Assembly: GCA_963702095.1 (NCBI GenBank)
Contig: OY969706.1
Coordinates: forward strand, 1,184,001 to 1,248,000
Source: Candidatus Bathyarchaeota archaeon
GTDB lineage: Archaea > Thermoproteota > Bathyarchaeia > Bathyarchaeales > Bathycorpusculaceae
Direction of reading: 5' to 3'
DNA length: 64,000 bases
The notes under the pieces were generated by a model. That model had not been told where the DNA came from, did no database searches, and saw only the letters and a list, made by a program, of their open reading frames with translations. The number at the start of each line of letters is the position of its first letter. The first letter of the stretch is position 1. Below, one piece after another: positions 17,803-28,310 of this stretch. The position numbers were made by a program, and so were the translations under genes.

Positions 17803-20685
17803 TTACTCGACGTAGATTGCTGGTTGATACGGCATAGCCATTGCTGAGCGGTGTTTGGGGTCAAAGCGTTTCTCGTCGCATTCACTGTACACTGAGATTT
17901 GGGCGTTGAAGCGGTCTTTGAGGAACACTGCTGTAGAGTCGAGGATGGCTTTTTCGTTGACTTCGCCGATTTTGGTCATGTTGGCTTTGCGTTCGCCCGA
18001 AACTTTGGTGAGGGCTTTTATGATGCGGGGCACCATCGATGCGATGTCTTTCATATGCGGTTTCAACGCTGGATCGGAGGCGAATTCTTTCATAAGCTCG
18101 TTGATTTTGGCTTCTCCAGCAACGGTTTTAGCGACTACTTTTAGGTACACTTGCCATTTCCAATTTGCCGCCGTGTAGTAGACAATGCGGGTTGGGGCAA
18201 TCTTCATGGCTTTGAGGATGTTGTTGGTGTCTGTCATTGTGTCAGTGACGAGGTTTTCCTGTTCCTCAGCCCCAGCATCCACTTTAGCGGGATCAAAGAC
18301 GGGCCACTTCGCCACGCTGATAAAGCCTTCTTCGCCAGTTTGACTCCATAATTCCTCACACATGAACGGTGCAAACGGAGCAAGCATTTTAAGCCAGAGT
18401 TTAACGGCTTCACCCAATGTTTTAGCTTCTGTGTTGCCTTTGCGTTGGATATACCAGCGGAGATCATTCCAAGTTTCAAACAGCGCCGTCTGCAACGACG
18501 TACGCGTCTTAAGCTCGTCGAGGGCGGCGGTGACTTCTTTTACACACTGCTGCATCCTGCCCAAAAGCCAGCGTTCAAGCGCGGTGTCCTCTTCTTTTTT
18601 GGCGGATGCAATGATTGCACCTGCGAAACCCATCAGCGACTCAAATTTGGTTTTGAGGTCGCTAACGTTTTCCGCTCGCCAGTCAGGGTCATCCATGCCC
18701 TCTGCACCCAACAGCAATGCACAGCGGGTGGCGTCTGCACCGTATTTTTCGACGGCACCTTTCATGGTGATAAAGTTGCCTTTGCTTTTATGCATGCCTT
18801 GTCCTTCAACCATGAGCATGCCGTTTACGCCTATGGCTTTTGGCCAATGCTGCGGCGGAAACAGCGCAGCGTGGTGGAAGACGCAGAAACTAAGGTGGTT
18901 AGGCACCAACTCCTTTGCAGAGTTGCGTAGGTCAAAGGGGTACCAATAGAGGAATTCACTGCGCATGGCATCGAGCAACTCGCGGCTTAATCCGGTGGTT
19001 GTGCCCACTTCGTCTGGTTCGCCTTTGCCGTAGAATATGTAGTCGAATACTTCAGGGGTTAGTGATTCAGGTTTTATGTTGTGTTGCTTGATGTGTTTAT
19101 TTATGGTGTAGAACGCCATGTAGACGGTGCTGTCGCTTAGTGTCTCGATTATCCAGCCTTTGCCCCATGGCAGCGGCGTGCCGAAACCGGTGGTGCGGGC
19201 ACACGCCCATTCCCTTAGCCAGTCGATAACGGTGTTAAACCATGGCTTAGCCGAATCCGGGTAAACGGCTATGCACGCTATGGCTTGGTGGGCGAGTTCT
19301 TTCCATTTTGGGTCCGAGTAATCCAAGAACCACTGGTCTGAGAGGATTTTAACTATGCACTGGGTCATGCATCGGCAAACCACGGGTTCAGAGAGGTCAT
19401 ACATGCTGGTGGCGACGCCCATCTTTTTGAAGTCGGCGATGAGGATGTCTTTGGCTTCTCGTATGGATTTGCCTGCGTATGGACCACAGTTGGCTTTGAG
19501 GGTGCCGCCGTGGAACTCTTTTTTGTAGAGTTCTTTAGTGGCTACGTCGGCTTTAGAGTCGTTTTGGTCTTTTATGCCCATTTTCTCGACGATTTCAACC
19601 GCGGGGTACTCGCCGAAACCCTCGACTTTAATGATTGAGACGGGCTTAATCGCCTTAACCAACTCTGGGTCGACGCCGAACTGCGCCAATACCTCGGGTT
19701 TCTGCTGCAAATCACGCAGCGCCAAATAATCATAGGGTGCATGAGCGGGGACGCTGTAGACTACTCCGGTGGCGGTTTTGGAGTCCACAAACCAGCCTGG
19801 AAGGATTGGGAATTTGAGGTTGGTGACTGGGTTTGTGAAGGTTTTGCCGATGAGTTCTTTGCCTTTGAAGCTGCGTTTAACTTCGACTTTGCGTTCCTGT
19901 TCTTTGAGTTTCTCCGCGGCTTCTTGACTGATTATCCAGGATTCGCCGTTAACGTCTGCTTTGACGTAGACGGCATCGGGGTTAATCCACATGTTAGTGA
20001 TGCCGTAGACGGTTTCGGGGCGGAAAGTCGCCGCTGGCAAAAAAGTCTTCTCATCTAACTTGTACTTGATTAGGGTGTACTCTTCGGGGGTGACGCCTTC
20101 GCCGATTTGCCGGTCATGATCGCCCGTGGGAGACTGGTCTTTTGGGCACCAAACCACCGGGTGCGTGCCGCGGGTCACATAGCCTTTTTCTTTGAGGTTC
20201 TTGTACTGCCACTCCACAAACTTCTGGAAAGTCGGCATTACCGTTGTGAATTCCCTTCGCCAATCAACCGAAAAACCCACGCTCTTAACCGCTAAGCGGC
20301 CCTCGTTAGTGTAGTATTGAGCCATGTAGTAGGGGTCGACAAACTTTTTTAGTTCAGCATCTGGAACGCCGTCGACTTCGCGGAGCACTCTTATGTATGC
20401 TTCATCGCCGCGTGCCACACGTTGCGATGCACCAAGCAATGGTTGCCCAGTCCAGTGCCAACTCCAAGGCCAAAGCACATTGTAGCCCTGCATGCGTTTG
20501 AAGCGGGCATAGGCGTCGACGCGGCTGGCGGTGAAGGTGTGCCCAACATGTAGAGGACCATTCATGTATGGGAATGGAAAGGTAACCATTTTTTTCTCGC
20601 GTTTGAAGTCGGGGTCGGCTTCAAAGAGATGCGCTTCTTCCCATCGCTTTTGCCATTTCTGTTCAAGTTGCTTGGTTTGGCTCAT
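17803..20685 (-). CDS. leuS: Leucyl-tRNA synthetase (archaeal type)
   Basis: FPYMNGPLHVGH, TFRPET and MHKSKGN. Confidence 0.96.
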   Translation of the reverse strand: MSQTKQLEQKWQKRWEEAHLFEADPDFKREKKMVTFPFPYMNGPLHVGHTFTASRVDAYARFKRMQGYNVLWPWSWHWTGQPLLGASQRVARGDEAYIRVLREVDGVPDAELKKFVDPYYMAQYYTNEGRLAVKSVGFSVDWRREFTTVMPTFQKFVEWQYKNLKEKGYVTRGTHPVVWCPKDQSPTGDHDRQIGEGVTPEEYTLIKYKLDEKTFLPAATFRPETVYGITNMWINPDAVYVKADVNGESWIISQEAAEKLKEQERKVEVKRSFKGKELIGKTFTNPVTNLKFPILPGWFVDSKTATGVVYSVPAHAPYDYLALRDLQQKPEVLAQFGVDPELVKAIKPVSIIKVEGFGEYPAVEIVEKMGIKDQNDSKADVATKELYKKEFHGGTLKANCGPYAGKSIREAKDILIADFKKMGVATSMYDLSEPVVCRCMTQCIVKILSDQWFLDYSDPKWKELAHQAIACIAVYPDSAKPWFNTVIDWLREWACARTTGFGTPLPWGKGWIIETLSDSTVYMAFYTINKHIKQHNIKPESLTPEVFDYIFYGKGEPDEVGTTTGLSRELLDAMRSEFLYWYPFDLRNSAKELVPNHLSFCVFHHAALFPPQHWPKAIGVNGMLMVEGQGMHKSKGNFITMKGAVEKYGADATRCALLLGAEGMDDPDWRAENVSDLKTKFESLMGFAGAIIASAKKEEDTALERWLLGRMQQCVKEVTAALDELKTRTSLQTALFETWNDLRWYIQRKGNTEAKTLGEAVKLWLKMLAPFAPFMCEELWSQTGEEGFISVAKWPVFDPAKVDAGAEEQENLVTDTMTDTNNILKAMKIAPTRIVYYTAANWKWQVYLKVVAKTVAGEAKINELMKEFASDPALKPHMKDIASMVPRIIKALTKVSGERKANMTKIGEVNEKAILDSTAVFLKDRFNAQISVYSECDEKRFDPKHRSAMAMPYQPAIYVE

Positions 20686-20800
20686 GAATCCCTCTGATTA
20701 AGGCTTGGATTATTAAGAGTTTTGCTTCCTAGAAAAAACGGTTTAATGGATAGAGTATCTTACGCAAGAAAGAAATATAGCTTATTGGTAAGCTCAATGC

Positions 20801-21835
20801 ATGAGCGCCAATTCGGTTAACCTCGATGTTTTTCAAGATATTATCGAGCAGCATGGTAGAGCTATTATGCAGAGGGCGGTTGAGCAAATCCTGGATTCTA
20901 ATTACGATGCAGGGGCCGTTTCTTCAGCTGTTAAGTACCACGTAAAGTTTCTACCCCATGTTTTACCGCTTGTCCCAGCTTTGATGGCTCTCTCATGCGA
21001 AGCTGTAGGCGGAAAAAAAGAGGCGCCTGTAGGCATCGGAGCCGCTTTGACGCTTCTTGTTGAAGCCGCAAACATCCACGATGACATAATCGACCAAACA
21101 GTGATTAAACATAAGAGACGGACAGTTTTTGGCAAATTCGGAACCGGCGTCACCCTTTTGGCAGGAGACTTCTTGCTTTTTCAGGCTTCCCAGTCCCTAT
21201 ACCAAGAATGCAACACCTTGCCAAACGAGCAGAAAAATTTGATTCTTGATTTGACCTTCAAATCGCTGGCTAAGATCAGTAAATCTGCTGCAAAAGAAAT
21301 CAAGATGCAAAAACGGTTTGATGTGTCACCGAAGGATTATTTAGAAATTGTTCGACTCAGAGCCTCTGTTCCCGAAGCACACTGTATGATTGGCGGAATT
21401 TTAGGGGATGGCACCGAAAGTATGGTTGCCAGTCTGGGAGTATATGGAAGAAATTACGGTGTCGTGGGAACGGTGATTGACGAATTTATGGATCTCTACG
21501 ATTATACAAAATTCAGTAATAGGCTCAGAGATGAGGTGGTTCCTCTGCCGGTTTTATGTGCCCTTGAAGACTCAAAGATTAAAGGTGAAATTTTGCCGTT
21601 GCTTGAGGCGTTTGGAGTAAATCCCTCAAGTCACAACAGTATCGTCCGTGCGGTATTGGCTTCGGATAAAGTTAAGCAGCTTCAAAAAGATCTCTCTGCG
21701 CTGCCTATAAAAAGTAACCTAGCACTTCGGGAATTTATTAGAGAAAATAATGCTCGAGGGAATCTCCTTACCATCCAAATGGTGGTACAAGACTTCCTCT
21801 GCAATATAGGTGAATTTACCAGCCTAACGATCTAA
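20801..21835 (+). CDS. Divergent polyprenyl-synthetase-family protein
   Basis: FARM HDDIID, LAGDFL and degenerate SARM DEFMD. Confidence 0.8.
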   Translation: MSANSVNLDVFQDIIEQHGRAIMQRAVEQILDSNYDAGAVSSAVKYHVKFLPHVLPLVPALMALSCEAVGGKKEAPVGIGAALTLLVEAANIHDDIIDQTVIKHKRRTVFGKFGTGVTLLAGDFLLFQASQSLYQECNTLPNEQKNLILDLTFKSLAKISKSAAKEIKMQKRFDVSPKDYLEIVRLRASVPEAHCMIGGILGDGTESMVASLGVYGRNYGVVGTVIDEFMDLYDYTKFSNRLRDEVVPLPVLCALEDSKIKGEILPLLEAFGVNPSSHNSIVRAVLASDKVKQLQKDLSALPIKSNLALREFIRENNARGNLLTIQMVVQDFLCNIGEFTSLTI

Positions 21836-21874
21836 TAATTTTTTGTGCTTTCATTTTTTATTACTCCTTCATTT

Positions 21875-21906
21875 GTATTTTTGTACAACAGTATTTGTGT
21901 ACAACA
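21875..21906. repeat. 16-bp tandem repeat, possible operator
   Basis: gtatttttgtacaaca / gtatttgtgtacaaca with palindromic core TGTACA. Confidence 0.5.
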
Positions 21907-22011
21907 GATAAAAAGCAAGTTAGCCTTAAAAGCTTTGTTGTCCTTACCAAGAATTCAGTTTCTGAATGCTTAATATACTTAAGCCAGTTCCCCTGAAGTA
22001 GCCTTTAGATA

Positions 22012-23349
22012 ATGATGCATATAGATGCAGTAAACCATTTACTCGGTAAAGACAAGAAAGCGATCGTCATAAACATAGTTCTGATAGCGAACGCTTTTAT
22101 CTGGTATTCATATGCATTCAAATATCTCACAGGCAGCATCAATGCCATAAACTTGAACGATCCTTTTCTAACAATAATCAGCATCCACTTCATAGCGCTA
22201 TTTATTGCTCTAATACTAGGCGAACTTATCAGCCGCAAAATCGAGGACCACCTCAAACTTCTAATCATATGGATGGGGATTGGTGCTTTGCTGTCGCTAG
22301 TACCTCTAATCACTGGCCAAACCGGCACAGGGCTAATACTATTTGGACTCATAGCCGGCTTCAACTTTGGCTTCGGACTGCCCATATGCTTAGGCTATTT
22401 TGCTTCCACAACCGAATCCAGCAACCGCGGTAAGCTCGGCGGAATCATATACCTCCTAATCGGTATCGGGGCATTCATAATCAGTATAGGTGGCACCGAG
22501 AGCGTGTTTGTTGTATCGTTTATTCTCGCAGGTTGGAAAGCTATTGGTTTGTTCTTTGCGGCACTTTTAAGACCTGCAGAGAATAAAGCCCGCCCCGAAA
22601 AAAATCTGTCATATCAAAAAATAATTTCAAACAAAGTTTTTCTTTTATACTTCTTTCCGTGGGTACTATTCGTTTTGGTTAATAGTTTATCCATTCCTAT
22701 TATCGAACATTTTGGAAGTACCTTCCCAGCGGAACTTGTCCAAACTTCAACCAGTGTTGAATATGTGCTCTCAGGAGTTTTTGCTGTGCTCTTTGGCTTC
22801 TTTGCTGACTCCAAAGGTCGGAAACGTTTAACTGTTGCAGGATTTGCCTTGTTGGGGTTAGGCTACGCTGTTTTAGGTTTCTCCTCAGGAGACATATTAG
22901 CCTGGTGGTTTTACACAGTCGTCGATGGCGTCGCGTGGGGCTGCTTTGTAATGGTATTTATTTTCGCTTTATGGGGTGACATAGGGGAAGGTCAAAAGAG
23001 CGAAAAAATCTATGCTATCGGACTTGTACCTTATCTATTAACCTCCTTCATCAGATTTTCAATCGGCGACACTTTGGCAAGTTATGTTAATGCTCAAGGT
23101 TTAGCAACGATCTTTTCGTTTTTCAGCTTCTTTTTGTTCATAGCTGTATTGCCCCTTGTATTTGCTCCTGAGACAATGCCTGAGCAAACTATCAGAAATA
23201 ATGACCTAAAAAGCTACATTGAAAAAGCAAATAAACAAAAGGTGAAAGTTCAGAAGAAACAGGAAGGGCAAACCGAGGAAACTCAGGAAGTTGCAGAAGA
23301 GGCGGAAGAGTACAAGAAAGCAAAAGAATTGGCGGAAAAATACTATTAA
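22012..23349 (+). CDS. MFS transporter
   Basis: About 12 TM helices, GFFADSKGRK motif and PET. Confidence 0.8.
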   Translation: MMHIDAVNHLLGKDKKAIVINIVLIANAFIWYSYAFKYLTGSINAINLNDPFLTIISIHFIALFIALILGELISRKIEDHLKLLIIWMGIGALLSLVPLITGQTGTGLILFGLIAGFNFGFGLPICLGYFASTTESSNRGKLGGIIYLLIGIGAFIISIGGTESVFVVSFILAGWKAIGLFFAALLRPAENKARPEKNLSYQKIISNKVFLLYFFPWVLFVLVNSLSIPIIEHFGSTFPAELVQTSTSVEYVLSGVFAVLFGFFADSKGRKRLTVAGFALLGLGYAVLGFSSGDILAWWFYTVVDGVAWGCFVMVFIFALWGDIGEGQKSEKIYAIGLVPYLLTSFIRFSIGDTLASYVNAQGLATIFSFFSFFLFIAVLPLVFAPETMPEQTIRNNDLKSYIEKANKQKVKVQKKQEGQTEETQEVAEEAEEYKKAKELAEKYY

Positions 23350-23411
23350 GCCGTGGACTTGGTTTGCTTAATACCACTTTCCGTTCAGCCTCAAACCTGT
23401 TCACCGCTAAC

Positions 23412-23720
23412 TCAAATAAAAAGGCTTTTGATTTCAGGTTCTGTTAACTCTTCCCCAAGGTCAGCGCGGATCGCTCGTAGCAGAACTGATTTTCCGCTGC
23501 CGCTATCCCCTGTAATATAGACGACGTCTTTGGGACCGATTTTGAGCTCTGCATCTAGCACCTTGAATTTCTGAGTCTCATCAATACCCAAGCCGAACGC
23601 TTAAGCTACAACAAGACTTCTTGGCGTGGGCTTTGTGTGCGTTTCATAACTGATGTAAAATGTAAATTTTTCTTCAGTTCGATCGTAAATTCGGGATAGT
23701 TTCTTTATGTGAAAGATTTC
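23412..23720 (-). pseudogene. Truncated ABC-type P-loop ATPase fragment with internal TAA
   Basis: Manual translation ...PRSLVVA*AFGLGIDETQKFKVLDAELKIGPKDVVYITGDSGSGKSVLLRAIRADL... Confidence 0.75.
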
Positions 23721-23911
23721 TTTTCGATCGCTGCAAGATCTTCGATGCAAGGGTTATCTAGTGAGATGACAGTGCTAAGCCCTAAAAATGGTCCTGCGGA
23801 TAAACAACAGCTAAATGAACGATATGCAGCTTGGCTCCCTTTATGCCATATTCATCAGTTAGAGCTTAAATACAGGTTGCATGCAAATAGCAAGCAAGGG
23901 AGTGACAGAAT

Positions 23912-25471
23912 TTGAAAAAGCGTATGCTAATAGCTCTTACTGCTGTTGTTATAATTGTTTTTTCACTCATTACTCCAATTCAAGCTTCAATCGGGTGGCG
24001 TAGAACTTATCAGGGTGGCTCAATGGATGTGTTGACGCCTCTTTCTGTTGTTCAAACAACTGATGGTGGATATGCTACTGCAGTTTTTGGTTATATTCGC
24101 CAAGAGAATGAACAAGGTCTACAAAGCTCATATGAACTACAAATTTTAAAAACAGATTCAAACGGTGCAGTGCAGTGGAAGAAAAGTTATCCAACAGTTG
24201 AAGACCCAAACCATTTGAGCCAAATAATAAACACTTATTCAGATCAGTACGTGATTGTTCAAACCGCAGATCAAGGCTATGTAATAGCTGGGAGTGGAGG
24301 ACAATTCTGGTTATTTAAAGTAAACGCCCAAGGAACAGTTGTCTGGAGCAACGTCTACCAGTTGGCTGACGAATCATACATCAACAGCTATCTCTATTCA
24401 ATGATCCAAACTAGTGATGGTGGCTTCGCCTTAGCAGGATCTACTTATACAGACATGGGCGGCAAAGACTTCTGGCTAGTTAAAACCAACTCACTTGGTT
24501 TAGCCCAATGGAATCATACTTACAACAGCGGTTCATACACTGATGTATCTGGAGCAACCTATCCTTGTGAAGACGAGGCATTATGCGTAATTCAAACAAG
24601 TGACGGAGGATACGCACTAGTTGGTAGCAATTCACTCTACCGAGCAAGCACTTCATCGGTAGTCTATGCCTCATGGATGATTAAAACTGATGCCCAAGGA
24701 AATCAAGTGTGGAACCACGGCTACGACTTGTTAAACGAATATGGCTACAAACGCATTATTATCCAGACAAGCGATAATGGATATGCTGTTGCCGGTACAC
24801 AAAATGGCGATTTCTGCTTATTTAAAATCTCTGGAACCGGTCAAACTCAATGGAGCGAAATCTATGGAGATCAACAAACAGATACGCCTTGCGCGCTTGT
24901 CCAGCTTGAAGATAACGGGTACGCTATTGCCGGAACGTGGACACCGCCTAATATGACCGCAACCAGACCAACTATGGGGCTTCTGCGAACTGATTCAGCG
25001 GGTCAAGAACTTTGGCTAAAGACATTTAGTGCAAAAGAAACCGAAAGTGCCTTCAGCTATGATCAAGCAAACGATATGATACGAACAAGCGATGGAAGCT
25101 ACGCAATAGTGGGATCAACAACCTTTGGAACGGAAACTCACCAAGACGTCTTTTTTATTAAAACTGAAACGTTAGAACAAATCCCACAAATCACACCTTT
25201 GCCTACCCCATTGACAGATGATGGTAACTCTACACAATCGCCAGATCAAACATCCCAACCCTCATCTAACCCAACCCAGCCGAGCCCAACTCAAAATTCA
25301 CACTCTACGATTAACCCAGACGATGGCTCCTCACACAATATACTGCAAATCGATAATCCACAAAACATTCTAATCGTCGTCGGAGTCGCCTTAGTTATCG
25401 CTTTAGTGAGTATATCGGTTGTAGTACTGATAAGGAGAAGGAAATCACCAAAAATTCCACCACCTCCTTGA
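23912..25471 (+). CDS. Secreted repeat (beta-propeller-like) surface protein with S/T/P linker and TM anchor
   Basis: Repeated IQTSDGGYA...WLVKTD.G...W.KTY units. Confidence 0.8.
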   Translation: MKKRMLIALTAVVIIVFSLITPIQASIGWRRTYQGGSMDVLTPLSVVQTTDGGYATAVFGYIRQENEQGLQSSYELQILKTDSNGAVQWKKSYPTVEDPNHLSQIINTYSDQYVIVQTADQGYVIAGSGGQFWLFKVNAQGTVVWSNVYQLADESYINSYLYSMIQTSDGGFALAGSTYTDMGGKDFWLVKTNSLGLAQWNHTYNSGSYTDVSGATYPCEDEALCVIQTSDGGYALVGSNSLYRASTSSVVYASWMIKTDAQGNQVWNHGYDLLNEYGYKRIIIQTSDNGYAVAGTQNGDFCLFKISGTGQTQWSEIYGDQQTDTPCALVQLEDNGYAIAGTWTPPNMTATRPTMGLLRTDSAGQELWLKTFSAKETESAFSYDQANDMIRTSDGSYAIVGSTTFGTETHQDVFFIKTETLEQIPQITPLPTPLTDDGNSTQSPDQTSQPSSNPTQPSPTQNSHSTINPDDGSSHNILQIDNPQNILIVVGVALVIALVSISVVVLIRRRKSPKIPPPP

Positions 25472-25551
25472 GAACAGGGGAAAATCTGGGTTAAAGAGGC
25501 GCCGTAGCTTCTTACCTTGTTTGGGAAGCGTAATTTCAGTCAAGCTTTTAA

Positions 25552-26424
25552 ATGAATTCATACACACAGAAGATAGAGGTAACTCGGTTGAAAAATCGCT
25601 ACGCTCTATTCTTGCTGTTTCTGGTCTGTGGTGTTAGCTTACCTTCTCTTTCAGGTTTGCTAATCTATCCCTTTGCGCTGATTCCTTCCGAATTAGTCCT
25701 TGCTTATTTCATCTCACTTGCGCTGCTATTCTTAGCTCTTGCAATGCTTTTTCGTACTCGTCAATCCCTCAATAGCTATTGGCAAATTCTATTTGCCTTC
25801 TTCGTTGCTTCCTTGGCATTGTTTTTCGACTTACTATTCAACCTTACTTCCCAGACGCTAAACGGCTTCCTGCTAGACATGTTACTGAGCGCCTCAATAA
25901 TAGTAAGCGTCATTGTCCTATTGACAAAGTTAAGTGGGAACTCTCTTGGCGACATTTTTCTAAAAAAAGGAAAACTCAAATTAGGTCTAACCGTTGGATT
26001 CATAGGCTTTTTCATCTTCGCAATAACAGCTATTCCAGTAGCCCAGTATATGTTTCAAGGACAAAACTTAACCTTGGATAGAGTAATTGCCTGGTTACCT
26101 TGGATAATCCCTATAGTACTGTTAAATGGAGTCCGAGAAGAACTACTCTACAGAGGACTCTTCTTAAAAAAATACGAAGTAAAGCTTGGACCAAAAGCCT
26201 CCAACCTGCTGCAAGCAATAATTTTCTCATTAAGTCACTCCATGGCCGGAGTAGGGCTAAGTACATATACCCCTTTCATTTGGGCGCTTGTTCTCTTTAC
26301 TTTCGCTCTGGGACTGGCTTGGGGATATCTCATGCAACGCACCGATAGTATAGTGGGATCGGTTTTGTTCCATGCCGGAACTGATATTCCGGTTTTCATA
26401 GGAATATTCTCCAACCTCTTTTAG
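25552..26424 (+). CDS. CPBP/CAAX (Abi) intramembrane protease
   Basis: EELLYRG, FSLSH and FHAGTD. Confidence 0.88.
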   Translation: MNSYTQKIEVTRLKNRYALFLLFLVCGVSLPSLSGLLIYPFALIPSELVLAYFISLALLFLALAMLFRTRQSLNSYWQILFAFFVASLALFFDLLFNLTSQTLNGFLLDMLLSASIIVSVIVLLTKLSGNSLGDIFLKKGKLKLGLTVGFIGFFIFAITAIPVAQYMFQGQNLTLDRVIAWLPWIIPIVLLNGVREELLYRGLFLKKYEVKLGPKASNLLQAIIFSLSHSMAGVGLSTYTPFIWALVLFTFALGLAWGYLMQRTDSIVGSVLFHAGTDIPVFIGIFSNLF

Positions 26425-26464
26425 ATAAAGAGGAACCCCCAGTCATTTCTTTAAAATCGTTGAG

Positions 26465-27913
26465 CTATCTTGGCATTACAGCCAAAAATGGTTCAGGCTC
26501 CATCTGCACTGTCGCAAACACGGCTAGCGCGATACTCCAAAAGACGTCGTCGTGGGTGCCGTTTGGGTGAGAGTAGCCTATGGCGCCATCTTTGCGATGG
26601 TCATAGCGTTCAACGTTTAGCTCTGTGCAAAGGTCGCCTCTGTATGGGCGTTCCCAATTCAGCAGCGGATAGTAGAATTTGCCGCTAGACATGCGTTGTT
26701 TGAGTAGGCTTGCCATTTCGCTTTTTCTGGGGACGCTAAAGTTGACGCCTTCAGCGTTTTCTATGCCGGATGTTTGCATGTCGGCTATGATGCTTGGGCC
26801 TTCTCGGGTGAAGTCTACTCGGATTTTTTGGAATCCACCCCCGCGATCCTGCAGCGCCTTGAGGTAGCCAAGGACTTGGGCATAGAGTGTGGGCTGCTGA
26901 AAAATCTTCAAATGCCTCAAAAGCAGCTTATCATTTAGACGCTCGATGATTGCAAGTACGCAATAGTCTCGGGTTTGGGCTAAATCTAGTCCAGCAAAGA
27001 ACTCTCCTTCACAGGTTACTTCTGGGTTAAACTCTTGCAGGTCCTCCCCACAATTCTTCGCAGTACCAATGCAACTAACGATTAGGCTTTGTGCTAGCCA
27101 GGTATCTTCGTCTTCAGCCCAATCAGCCTCCATCTCTCGACGCCACCGCTGAGCGTCATCCCCGAACTGGCGTTTAATCTTCTCAACAATACCCGGCTTT
27201 AGTGGGCCGTTGGGTTCAAGGGCGTCGTTCCAGCGTACGTGTGAGCCGGCGAAGTCTTCGTAGTCTTTGTGGTTGCACATCTTCCAAAACAGCGAATCAT
27301 TATTCCAAGGAGTAGACGTCGCTATGAGCTTGCCGTTGGTTGTTCCCAAGGTGAATAGAATAGCGTCATAGAGCTCCTCGTCGTTGGGCAAGAAATTGCA
27401 CTCTTCGATCCAGATGACTTTGAATGTTGGACCTCTGATGGTATCGGGGTTGTTGGGGAAGGCTTCTATCATGCTTCCGTTGGGCAGGCTGACTCGGGTT
27501 TTCTGTACATGCAAGCCCTGCTGAGCGGGGAGTTTTCTGCAGAAGCCGCCTATGCGCCTGATGTTTAGCTTAGTTTGGCGCCAGCTGGGACCTACGATGG
27601 CTATGTAGCTGTCTGGGTGCTCCAGTGCATATTTGAGGATCAACGCTGAAACGCTAAAGCTTTTGCCGGTTTGGCGTGCCCAGCGTACCGCGGTGAATTG
27701 GTTTTTCTCAAACATCTCTGCTAACTCAAGCTGGTATTTGTAGGGTGTAAAGCCAAAAATCTGCTCAAAAAAGCCCTTAACATCACCCCTCAAGGCGTCA
27801 ACTTGGCTCTCAGTGGATTTTTCTATAGCTGCCACGTCTTCCCAGAGCTTGGTGTACTCTGAAAACAACTTATTTGGATGAAGTGCCCTTGCCTTTTTTT
27901 CTGAGCGCCTCAT
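26465..27913 (-). CDS. Terminase large subunit-like protein
   Basis: Walker A WARQTGKS, Walker B WIEE and STP; nuclease motifs GLDLAQTRD and HDDVFWS. Confidence 0.85.
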   Translation of the reverse strand: MRRSEKKARALHPNKLFSEYTKLWEDVAAIEKSTESQVDALRGDVKGFFEQIFGFTPYKYQLELAEMFEKNQFTAVRWARQTGKSFSVSALILKYALEHPDSYIAIVGPSWRQTKLNIRRIGGFCRKLPAQQGLHVQKTRVSLPNGSMIEAFPNNPDTIRGPTFKVIWIEECNFLPNDEELYDAILFTLGTTNGKLIATSTPWNNDSLFWKMCNHKDYEDFAGSHVRWNDALEPNGPLKPGIVEKIKRQFGDDAQRWRREMEADWAEDEDTWLAQSLIVSCIGTAKNCGEDLQEFNPEVTCEGEFFAGLDLAQTRDYCVLAIIERLNDKLLLRHLKIFQQPTLYAQVLGYLKALQDRGGGFQKIRVDFTREGPSIIADMQTSGIENAEGVNFSVPRKSEMASLLKQRMSSGKFYYPLLNWERPYRGDLCTELNVERYDHRKDGAIGYSHPNGTHDDVFWSIALAVFATVQMEPEPFLAVMPR

Positions 27914-28310
27914 ATTTTTGTCTCAACTCCACTAATTCAGCTTCGATTTTACGGTAACGCACATACTCGGCAAACCTCTTCTGATACACCTTAGCTCCAG
28001 CGATGATTCCCCGCAACCGCAAAACCTCCGCCTTATCTATACCCGGCTCTTGCAGTGCCGCTATTGCGGCGGCCAGGTACTTTAGCATCGTCTCAACGCT
28101 TGGCAGGTCTTTGAAAGAAGAAGAGCAAATTTTTCCACCTTCTTCTTCTCTTAACATCAATCCTAAATCCAGCAGCTTTTGGTAGATGGCGTTTTGGCGA
28201 TACTTGAATTCTAAACTAAACGCTAAAACAGCATAGTCGGTGATGCCTGAAGTGTACCAGTTTTTGAGCCTCTTCTCATCCTCTATTGGCCAAGGTTTGC
28301 CTTTAGTCAT
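27870..28310 (-). CDS. Hypothetical HTH-like protein overlapping terminase (possible small subunit)
   Basis: KGKPW..EDEKRL N-terminus; position immediately upstream of terL. Confidence 0.6.
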   Translation of the reverse strand: MTKGKPWPIEDEKRLKNWYTSGITDYAVLAFSLEFKYRQNAIYQKLLDLGLMLREEEGGKICSSSFKDLPSVETMLKYLAAAIAALQEPGIDKAEVLRLRGIIAGAKVYQKRFAEYVRYRKIEAELVELRQKYEALRKKGKGTSSK

